Sequence record: PZ534512.1
Length of the DNA stretch: 64,000 bases
Reading direction: 5' to 3' (one strand)
From: a phage
The notes under the pieces are model-generated. The model saw nothing but the letters and a program-made list of their open reading frames with translations. It was not told the DNA's origin and made no database searches. Each line of letters begins with the position of its first letter. Within the stretch, counting starts at the first letter, position 1. Shown piece by piece: positions 56,661 through 64,000 of the stretch. Both the position numbers and the translations under genes were made by a program.

Positions 56661-57670
56661 TGAAAACAGTAATGAAAAGCTATTTTGGTAGTCATCTTTA
56701 TGGAACTTCTACTCCAGAATCTGATGTAGATTTTAAAGAAATCTTTGTTCCTCCTGCTCGTGATATTCTTATCGGAAATGTTAAAGAGCATATGAGTAAA
56801 AACACTAACAACACATCATCTAAAAACACTAAAGATGATATTGACCATGAACTATACAGTCTTAAGTATTTCTTTAAATTAGCAGCAGATGGTGAAACTG
56901 TAGCATTGGATATGCTCCACACTCCACCGGAACTAGTAGTTAAATCTGATTTGCCTGATGTATGGAAGTTTATTCAAGACAATCGTTCTCGTTTTTATAC
57001 GACCAACATGAAATCCTACTTAGGATATGTTCGCAAGCAAGCTTCTAAATACGGTGTTAAAGGTTCTCGTTTGGCCGCATTACGCGATGTATTGAAAGTA
57101 GTTAATCAAATCCCCGATCAGTGGGTTGATTACCAAGAAGATGGTTCTATTAAGCAGCGTCGCACTAAAGTTGAAGATATTAAGCATCGTCTTCCAGAAA
57201 ACGAATTCTGTGAATGGGTGTTCCATAATCATGAGAAAACAGGTCCACAGACGTTTTACACAGTGTTGGGTCGTAAATATCAGACAACGCTTTCTCTTAT
57301 TGAGCTTAAGCAGTCACTGAACAAATTAGATGCTGAATATGGTGAACGTGCTCGTAAGGCCGAAGCCAACGAAGGCATTGACTGGAAAGCTCTGAGCCAT
57401 GCCTGTCGTGGTGGACTTCAACTATTGGAAATTTACAAAACTGGCGACTTGGTTTATCCACTTCAAGACGCTCCATTTATTCTCGACGTGAAGTTGGGTA
57501 AACATCCATTTAAAACAGTTCAAGAGTTTTTGGAAGATGTGGTCGATCAAGTAGAAGCAGCATCTACTGAAGCTTCTAAGAACGGTATGCAGCAAAAAGT
57601 AGACATGGGTTTCTGGGATGACTTCCTTGAGAAGGTCTATCTTGAAAACCACCGAAGTTATTATAAATGA
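56657..57670 (+). CDS. predicted Pol-beta-superfamily nucleotidyltransferase (337 aa)
   Basis: N-terminal G-S-x10-D-x-D motif (YFGSHLYGTSTPESDVDF) and downstream acidic hDh (ALDMLH); long helical C-terminal domain. Confidence 0.6.
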   Translation: MMKTVMKSYFGSHLYGTSTPESDVDFKEIFVPPARDILIGNVKEHMSKNTNNTSSKNTKDDIDHELYSLKYFFKLAADGETVALDMLHTPPELVVKSDLPDVWKFIQDNRSRFYTTNMKSYLGYVRKQASKYGVKGSRLAALRDVLKVVNQIPDQWVDYQEDGSIKQRRTKVEDIKHRLPENEFCEWVFHNHEKTGPQTFYTVLGRKYQTTLSLIELKQSLNKLDAEYGERARKAEANEGIDWKALSHACRGGLQLLEIYKTGDLVYPLQDAPFILDVKLGKHPFKTVQEFLEDVVDQVEAASTEASKNGMQQKVDMGFWDDFLEKVYLENHRSYYK

Positions 57671-57672
57671 TA

Positions 57673-57696
57673 GGGAGCCTTCGGGCTCCCTTTTTT
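57673..57696 (+). terminator. intrinsic terminator
   Basis: GGGAGCC-TTCG-GGCTCCC followed by TTTTTT. Confidence 0.8.
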
Positions 57697-57720
57697 ATTT
57701 CAAAAATTTTTCACAAAACG

Positions 57721-57750
57721 GTTTACAAGCATAAAGCTTTATGGTACTAT
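57721..57750 (+). promoter_or_regulatory. T4-type early promoter (same cassette as at 42523)
   Basis: GTTTAC (57721-57726), TACTAT (57745-57750); shares AAAATTTTTCACAAAACGGTTTACA and GGTACTATACAACTATCAACT with the 42.5-kb promoter. Confidence 0.7.
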
Positions 57751-57784
57751 ACAACTATCAACTGATACAGATTTGGAGAATAAA

Positions 57785-58753
57785 ATGAAAACTGTAACTA
57801 TCAATAAGGGTATCTACTTCGGTAAAGAAATCTCTGGAACTTTTGAGCTCTTAGGCGAATGGTTCCCAGATAATGCTCCGGTAGATGCACAAGGAGATGG
57901 TAAAGTTTTTGTTGAAATTGACGGTAAGCGTCGCGGTGTTTGGGTTTACAAATCAGACATTTCATATGATGGTGTAAAAGTTGAAGAAGTTAAAGAATCA
58001 TATGAAGATATGAAAACCCGCATTAATAAAAGATTTAATGTTATGGGAATGATGACGAATGGTATTATTAACGGAAACATTCGTTCATTAATTATCTCTG
58101 GTGCGGCGGGTATTGGTAAAACGTATTCTTTAGATAAAGCTTTAAATAAAGCAAATGATATTGGATACATTGAATATAAAAGCATTAATGGTAAAATCTC
58201 TGGTATTGGTCTTTATGAACAGCTTTGGAATAATCGTGAAGAGAATTCTGTCCTTTTGATTGATGATGTGGATGTTTTCTCTGATATGGACATTCTTAAT
58301 CTTCTGAAAGCTGCTCTGGACACTGGAGAGACCCGTAAAGTCTGCTGGAGCACTGCGTCTTCTTACTTAGAAGAAAAAGGCATTGAGCGTGAGTTTGAAT
58401 TTAAAGGAACGATTGTTTTTATCACAAACGTTGACATTGACCGCGAATTAGACCGTGGTACTAAACTTGCTCCACATTTACAAGCATTAGTGTCCCGCTC
58501 AGTTTATTTGGATTTGGGTGTTCACACTAATGAAGAAATTATGGTCAGGGTTGAAGATGTTATTCTTTCAACTGACATGATGCAAAAGCGCGGTCTTTCT
58601 GATGAAGAAACTTATAAAGCATTATCATGGATGAAAGTCAATGTTAATCGTTTACGCAATGTTTCACTGCGTACTGCTCTTTATCTTGCTGACTTTATTA
58701 TGACAGACAAAAACGGTTGGGAAGAAATTGCTGAAACGGTATTATTAAAATGA
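57785..58753 (+). CDS. predicted P-loop/AAA-like ATPase (322 aa from ATG at 57785)
   Basis: Walker A GAAGIGKT and Walker B VLLIDDVD; ORF-track start 57773 is a TTG. Confidence 0.6.
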   Translation: MKTVTINKGIYFGKEISGTFELLGEWFPDNAPVDAQGDGKVFVEIDGKRRGVWVYKSDISYDGVKVEEVKESYEDMKTRINKRFNVMGMMTNGIINGNIRSLIISGAAGIGKTYSLDKALNKANDIGYIEYKSINGKISGIGLYEQLWNNREENSVLLIDDVDVFSDMDILNLLKAALDTGETRKVCWSTASSYLEEKGIEREFEFKGTIVFITNVDIDRELDRGTKLAPHLQALVSRSVYLDLGVHTNEEIMVRVEDVILSTDMMQKRGLSDEETYKALSWMKVNVNRLRNVSLRTALYLADFIMTDKNGWEEIAETVLLK

Positions 58754-59469
58754 AAAAATATTTTACTATCTATAAAACTGAAATATTAAATTTAAAGACA
58801 GGTATTAAGAAATACTATTATGGTCGACATATAACTAATAACATCAATGATTCGTATGTTGGTAGTGGAAATTATATAGAACGTGTAAAAGTGTCAAATG
58901 ACCACATATTATCAAAAACGGTTTTAGAAGTTTTTGATAATTATGATAAAATGGTACAAGCTGAAATATTATATATCATGGCAGGTAAATTGAAATATGG
59001 AAAAAACTGTGTTAACCTGTCATACGGGGGTGAAGGAGGAAAGGTTGCAGATGAAACTAGGATAAAATGCAAAAAGCATTCTATAAATTTATGGAAAAAT
59101 CCTAATCATATACAGCATATGAAGAAAAAGATGAAAGAGGTCACATCCACGCCGGAAGCTAAATTAAACACTTCAATAAAAACTTCGCAACGATATAAGG
59201 ACCCAGTTTTTGTTAGAAAAGTTAGTAATATTATTAAAAAGAAACTAAGCAATCCTGTAGTAAAAGAAAAGCATATTAATGGAATTAAAGCTGCAAAGCG
59301 TTCTCATTTAACTATATGGCAATATGAAGATGAATTATTCGAGCTTTGGAAAGAAACTAAATATGGATGGAGAAAATTTACAAAGGAAGCTATAAAACAC
59401 GGGTATCCAAATGAACCGTATCGTAGTATGGTATCAACCTTTCAGAAAAGACATTTAGAAGAATCCTAA
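58750..59469 (+). CDS. GIY-YIG-like Seg-family homing endonuclease (239 aa)
   Basis: N-terminal YYYGRH...YVGSG and LSYGGEGG motifs, parallel to segB (IYIGAH...YMGSG, LKLGGEGG); basic C-terminal DNA-binding-like region. Confidence 0.65.
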   Translation: MKKYFTIYKTEILNLKTGIKKYYYGRHITNNINDSYVGSGNYIERVKVSNDHILSKTVLEVFDNYDKMVQAEILYIMAGKLKYGKNCVNLSYGGEGGKVADETRIKCKKHSINLWKNPNHIQHMKKKMKEVTSTPEAKLNTSIKTSQRYKDPVFVRKVSNIIKKKLSNPVVKEKHINGIKAAKRSHLTIWQYEDELFELWKETKYGWRKFTKEAIKHGYPNEPYRSMVSTFQKRHLEES

Positions 59470-59551
59470 GACAAAAAGGCAGTTCAGAAATAGATTATAT
59501 GGACTGCCATTAAAAAGATGACTAGAATTAAACTGGTGAATGGAGGTAGTG

Positions 59552-59854
59552 ATGTTATACTCAAAGGCTCGTGAAATTTACGAAACTAAAATTAAAGAAG
59601 CAGTATTTCAGTTCGCAACAACGATGCGATGGACAAATGATTGGGAGTATTCAAAAAATCATAAGAAGCCCATGGTGACAAGAAAGGCTCATATGTTAGT
59701 GTTAATAGACCGTGAGCAGATTAAAGCCCGAGAAGCCCTCCAGAATCATAAAAAGGCTGCTTTTGAATGGTTTATGGATAACACTGCTCCTGAGACTAAG
59801 AAAGCGGTGAGCGCGTGGTTCAGTGGAAAAAATTGTGAAAGAAGTTTCTTTTAG
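59552..59854 (+). CDS. hypothetical protein (100 aa)
   Basis: ATG preceded by GGAGGTAG; ORF-track start 59540 also possible. Confidence 0.5.
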   Translation: MLYSKAREIYETKIKEAVFQFATTMRWTNDWEYSKNHKKPMVTRKAHMLVLIDREQIKAREALQNHKKAAFEWFMDNTAPETKKAVSAWFSGKNCERSFF

Positions 59855-59856
59855 TT

Positions 59857-59886
59857 GTTTACAAGACCGTTCCTCTGTGGTACTAT
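59857..59886 (+). promoter_or_regulatory. T4-type early promoter
   Basis: GTTTAC (59857-59862), TACTAT (59881-59886), then the ACAACTATCAACT leader. Confidence 0.7.
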
Positions 59887-59914
59887 ACAACTATCAACTA
59901 CGGAGGAACAGAAA

Positions 59915-60442
59915 ATGAATGCTAAAGATATTTTCAACTTGGTAAACTACAATGATGGTAAATTTAAATCTGAAGCACAAAGTAAGTTCTTTAATGACAT
60001 CTCAATCGGTGGTGAAATCACGGTTGATGGAGGACAAGTTTATAAATCTCGTTGGAATTGGATCGTTATTATCGATGAGATTGGTATTGTAGAAATTTAC
60101 AAAAATACGAATAAAAATCGTACATTACACTGGTCTCGTGATACTAACGAACAGTACAAAAAGGATAAAGCATCTAAATTATCTCGTGTAACTCAAGAAG
60201 ATATTGAGTTCATCAAGAAAGATATTTTGATGTATGATAACTTAATTGCTGAAGAGCAAGCTGTTATTGATAAATTTGACGAGATTAAAGCTTCTCGTGA
60301 AATTCCTGATTTTATGAAAGAATCAGTAAATGAACGATACACTCTCATTTCAGAGCGTATTGAAACTTACAAAAAGCAAAGAGCTGAACGCCAGAATACT
60401 CTTCAGAAGTTTGAAGAACGGTTAAAGACGGTACTCGCATAA
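59915..60442 (+). CDS. hypothetical protein (175 aa)
   Basis: ATG after GGAGGAACAG downstream of the early promoter; ORF-track 5' extension lies within the promoter. Confidence 0.55.
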   Translation: MNAKDIFNLVNYNDGKFKSEAQSKFFNDISIGGEITVDGGQVYKSRWNWIVIIDEIGIVEIYKNTNKNRTLHWSRDTNEQYKKDKASKLSRVTQEDIEFIKKDILMYDNLIAEEQAVIDKFDEIKASREIPDFMKESVNERYTLISERIETYKKQRAERQNTLQKFEERLKTVLA

Positions 60443-60497
60443 CCGCTTTATACCAAGGATGGTATAATGGTTCTAAGCCCTTTTAATTGAGATTATT

Positions 60498-60902
60498 ATG
60501 AAACAGTTGATAATTAAAAGATTGAATTTATTGATATGTTGTTTATGTATAGTAATTGCATATGGTTATTACGCAATTAATGATTATATGCATTATAAAG
60601 ATTATGATGTTACTGTAGTTAATACCATTACAGGAACTCAAGGAAAGGGGTCTAGTTTATCATTTATTGCTGTATATGAACTCAAAGACGGTTATAGATT
60701 TAGTGAATATATTTCCCCAGAGATGTATTCTTCAATAGAAAAAGGTGATAATATTACTGTAAGTTTACGTCCTTTCGACGTAAAACAGACATTGTTTGAT
60801 AATATTGTTTGGTTCTTTGGAATGGTATTAGTTCAATCTGTATGCGGTGCTTATATAGTCTTTTCCATCATATTCTGTGTATTTAGTAAAATTGAAAATT
60901 GA
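60498..60902 (+). CDS. predicted membrane protein (134 aa)
   Basis: N-terminal and C-terminal hydrophobic helices. Confidence 0.45.
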   Translation: MKQLIIKRLNLLICCLCIVIAYGYYAINDYMHYKDYDVTVVNTITGTQGKGSSLSFIAVYELKDGYRFSEYISPEMYSSIEKGDNITVSLRPFDVKQTLFDNIVWFFGMVLVQSVCGAYIVFSIIFCVFSKIEN

Positions 60903-60913
60903 GTGAGAAAAAT

Positions 60914-61801
60914 ATGTCAGTAGTAATTAATAATGTCAATGCAGTAATTAAATCTTTAGTTAATAAAAAATTAAATGAATGGACTGTACTTCGTCGTGGA
61001 GAGCCAGATAAATTTTTTCATAGATTTAACCCAACTTTGGATTTGAATGTTATTGACAGAGATGTTCATGCTGAAATTTTAGATAAATTTAAAGTTGATA
61101 TTGGGTTTGGATTAGATAAACATTTGCAACGAACAAACGGATCTGGAATGGGTTTATCTAATCGCATCATGAAAGCCCTTAATAAAATTGGAGCATTGTC
61201 TCGTATTAACGCGAGTGAAATCCTTCGCAATTATAATAAAGGATATGACCTTTATGGTCGATTAATGCCGAAATTATCATTTGACCAAATGATCGCAGAT
61301 TTGTGGGAAAATCAACGACGATTATTAGCATTAGGCGCTCGATTAGCTAAAGGTCTAGATAAACAAATGATTTTTAAGACCAATAATACAGAAGACCTTA
61401 AATGCTTTAAATTTAGTATTCGCGGCGATGATTATTATATCAGAGCTCGCTCTACAGATTATGTTAATATGGGGCATCATCTCTGTTTAGCTTTTGAAGT
61501 TTTAAAAGAAGCCGGAACATTAGAATATTCGTCTGGTGCAAAATGCCCGATTGGTTCAAGTTGTATTTTAATTTATCGCCCGGATGAATCCAGTTCATCT
61601 AAATTACCTACAAAACCTGTACCAGTTCGTAGTAACGAAAAACATTCTGAACAAATTGATTATTTTAATAAGCAAATTGAAGAGCTGAATATTTCTATTC
61701 AACAGTATGACGATGAAATTTTCAGACTATCTGGATTGAGTAGTAAAGCTAAATCTGAGCGTGAAAAATTAATTAAAATTGTTGATTTACTTAAATCTTA
61801 A
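60914..61801 (+). CDS. hypothetical protein with C-terminal coiled coil (about 295 aa)
   Basis: ATG at 60914 (ORF track uses TTG at 60899); C-terminal helical segment. Confidence 0.5.
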   Translation: MSVVINNVNAVIKSLVNKKLNEWTVLRRGEPDKFFHRFNPTLDLNVIDRDVHAEILDKFKVDIGFGLDKHLQRTNGSGMGLSNRIMKALNKIGALSRINASEILRNYNKGYDLYGRLMPKLSFDQMIADLWENQRRLLALGARLAKGLDKQMIFKTNNTEDLKCFKFSIRGDDYYIRARSTDYVNMGHHLCLAFEVLKEAGTLEYSSGAKCPIGSSCILIYRPDESSSSKLPTKPVPVRSNEKHSEQIDYFNKQIEELNISIQQYDDEIFRLSGLSSKAKSEREKLIKIVDLLKS

Positions 61802-61809
61802 GGAACACT

Positions 61810-62838
61810 ATGAAAACTCGTTCTCAAATTGAAGATATGGTTCGTAATGCCAGCTATACTCGTGATGTTATGACATTTTTGTGTGAAAATAATTTAGACC
61901 CTGATAAAGTTAATCGTGTTATTCATCACTTTAAGTATACGAATAGCAGTGAATGGGTGCGTAATTTTAGTAAAGCGGGGTATATTACACAAATGACTGC
62001 TCGTGAGCAGCTCACCGATTTCTGTAAAACTATTGATTATAAAAATCCTCTATTTGTTCAAGGTGTTGGTCAGAGTAAGGTTGATTTATCATCTGGATTT
62101 TTTAATCCAAATCATTATCGTATTGAATGGAGATTTATTGCTCTATTCCGTAAGCAATTAAAGCAAATTTTGTCGACGGCTAGTCGATTAAAAGGTTCTG
62201 ACATTAACTTAAAGAACCTGAAATTTGATGGTTATACTCTTCAGATGGAAGTAAGACCATTAAAAGAAAATAACAGAACTGCACGAATTAGCTTTAAACC
62301 TAATACAAAAAATTCTCTTTCAATTTGCGAATGCCTTAAATCGCAGTTGACAGAAGCATTTAAGTATATGGATGTTGTTGCCGCTGTTCAGTCTAAGATT
62401 TTACCTCGTTTTGAGCGAAATTGGGAACATACAACAACATATGAACTTGATATGGTTGTTTCATTTAAATATGATTTTTTGAGAAAGGACGAAGTCCCGC
62501 AAGAGAAAAAGCAGGAAGTACAAGATAACTTAAATTTAAATTTATCCAATTACTTATCAAACGATCCTAAATTTTGGATGTATAGTTCAGGTAATAAAGA
62601 TGCATGGAAATTTAATAAAGTGAATTTTCTTCCTATTGAAAATCCGAGTCTTAAACCTGTTGAAAAATGGCATGCAGATGCGATTGAGAAGTCTATCAAG
62701 GCAGTAGATGATGAACTCGTTAAAGCAACTAATGAAGTGCTAGAAGCTGAAAAGATGTTGGAAAAAGCTCAAGAAAAAGTCAAAAATCTTACGAAGCAAC
62801 GTTCTAAACTGAACAATGCACTAAATGCACTGAACTAG
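61810..62838 (+). CDS. hypothetical protein with C-terminal coiled coil (342 aa)
   Basis: Starts MKTRSQIEDM; ends in about 50-aa heptad-rich helix. Confidence 0.5.
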   Translation: MKTRSQIEDMVRNASYTRDVMTFLCENNLDPDKVNRVIHHFKYTNSSEWVRNFSKAGYITQMTAREQLTDFCKTIDYKNPLFVQGVGQSKVDLSSGFFNPNHYRIEWRFIALFRKQLKQILSTASRLKGSDINLKNLKFDGYTLQMEVRPLKENNRTARISFKPNTKNSLSICECLKSQLTEAFKYMDVVAAVQSKILPRFERNWEHTTTYELDMVVSFKYDFLRKDEVPQEKKQEVQDNLNLNLSNYLSNDPKFWMYSSGNKDAWKFNKVNFLPIENPSLKPVEKWHADAIEKSIKAVDDELVKATNEVLEAEKMLEKAQEKVKNLTKQRSKLNNALNALN

Positions 62839-62867
62839 TTTACATTGCCACAAGGATGTGGTATAAT
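62838..62867 (+). promoter_or_regulatory. T4-type early promoter
   Basis: GTTTAC (62838-62843), 18-nt spacer, TATAAT (62862-62867). Confidence 0.7.
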
Positions 62868-62895
62868 GTTCTTACTTTCTACTGAGGAGATTATT

Positions 62896-63897
62896 ATGAC
62901 TCGCAACGAATATATTAAATCGTTCAACAGCGTTATTGATGATAAAGCTATACCGATGTTTGGTCAAAATATCGTTCTTTCTATTATCAATCAATGGCTC
63001 AATAATACTGATGCAAGTATTGTTTCTTCTACTAAATTTATTCATGAAATTCGTAAAATTTCTAGCCGTGTAGATAAAGATGTTATTAAGAAAACCTTTA
63101 AAGAGTCTCGTCTTCTTTCATATTTGGTTAATCGGGATATTCTTGGTAATTTTGGGAAAGAAATTAAACGAACTAAAGATGTAGTAGGATATAATTGGTT
63201 CGGTGATGTTAATTCTTATCATCTTAATAATAAAGAAGACCCTGAGAATATTTTTACTCGTCGTTGGATTAGTAATTTCAAACTTTTCAAAGGACAAATT
63301 CTAAAATCAGCTTCTAAATTATGTTATGGCGATTATCGTCAAATTCATCCTTTGGCTTCTGATATGATTATCGTAAAAGAATATGAGCTTGATGAAAATA
63401 AAGTAGCTATTTTTGTGAATTATGGATTTTTTACACCAAACGCTAGCCAAAAGAATATTAATAAATTTTTCTCAATTGCTAGCACTATAACTCGTCAGTT
63501 AGAGACTGCATTACTTTGTATGGAAACAGTAGAAAATATTCATACATATCCTTTTAAGAATATATGCGGATGGGAAGGATATAAAATTGTAATTAGTCTT
63601 CGTGAAGTGAAATGTGCTTATTCACCTACTGATAAAGAAATTTATCAACAAAAATGTGAGGAAATTGTGAATACTTCTAAAGAAGAAACTACCCTTGAGG
63701 AACTAATGGATAATCTTGATGATTCGCCTGAACCGGCAGAAATTCGTCCAGAAGTTATTGCATTAGAAAAAGCTTATAAAGAAGTTCTAGAAATTTCTAA
63801 TAAAGCGCAGAAAGAATATGAGCAGGCTAAAAAGATTTGGGAAGAATCTGTCAATCGCTTGGATCGTCTTGAACAAGCTTTACAGTTAATTAAGTAA
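62896..63897 (+). CDS. hypothetical protein with C-terminal coiled coil (333 aa)
   Basis: ATG after GAGGAG downstream of the promoter; ORF-track start 62845 precedes the -10 box. Confidence 0.5.
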   Translation: MTRNEYIKSFNSVIDDKAIPMFGQNIVLSIINQWLNNTDASIVSSTKFIHEIRKISSRVDKDVIKKTFKESRLLSYLVNRDILGNFGKEIKRTKDVVGYNWFGDVNSYHLNNKEDPENIFTRRWISNFKLFKGQILKSASKLCYGDYRQIHPLASDMIIVKEYELDENKVAIFVNYGFFTPNASQKNINKFFSIASTITRQLETALLCMETVENIHTYPFKNICGWEGYKIVISLREVKCAYSPTDKEIYQQKCEEIVNTSKEETTLEELMDNLDDSPEPAEIRPEVIALEKAYKEVLEISNKAQKEYEQAKKIWEESVNRLDRLEQALQLIK

Positions 63898-63949
63898 TTT
63901 AAAGCCAAGGATGGCTCGGAGCATAAATCATTAACCAAGTGAGAAGAAC

Positions 63950-64000
63950 ATGAAAACTCGTAAACATTATATTGATTATTTTGACAGTCTTATTACTAAA
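63950..64000 (+). CDS. hypothetical protein, 5' fragment (runs off window end)
   Basis: ATG after GAGAAGAAC; N-terminus MKTRKHYIDYF resembles the start of the 61810 ORF (MKTRSQIEDM). Confidence 0.3.
   Translation, partial: MKTRKHYIDYFDSLITK

Overview
This window is a T4-like (Tevenvirinae / Tequatrovirus-type) phage genome segment, in reverse orientation relative to the usual T4 map. Positions 1-35353 carry the late structural module, almost entirely on the minus strand: uvsW (5' fragment), segE-like, then inh-hoc-rnlB on plus, then genes 24-23-22-21-68-67-20-19-18-17-16-15-14-13-wac-12-11-10-9-8-7-6-5.4-5.1-5-53, driven by TATAAATA late promoters, with a free-standing HNH endonuclease inserted between genes 18 and 19. 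Positions 35401-64000 are the plus-strand early/middle region: genes 4-2-3-1-57A-57B(Acb1), an eight-tRNA cluster with segB and stable RNAs, nudE, e lysozyme, regB, tk and rI, interspersed with many small ORFs behind repeated sigma70-type early promoters (GTTTAC -35, TAtAAT -10) and GC-rich tetraloop terminators. Identifications rest on recalled T4 protein sequences (lysozyme, uvsW, Rnl2, RegB, RI, gp20, gp2, gp4), on exact length/synteny matches, and on motifs read directly from the translations; no database search was possible. The strongest candidates for undescribed biology lie in the hyperplastic early region: (1) a four-gene translationally coupled operon ending in a Pol-beta-type nucleotidyltransferase, followed by a separately transcribed P-loop ATPase; (2) a macro-domain protein; (3) four proteins with capsid-targeting-sequence N-termini (internal-protein-like cargo), two of them bracketed by near-identical direct repeats; (4) a tandem array of small membrane-protein paralogs. 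denV was not found at its canonical position.
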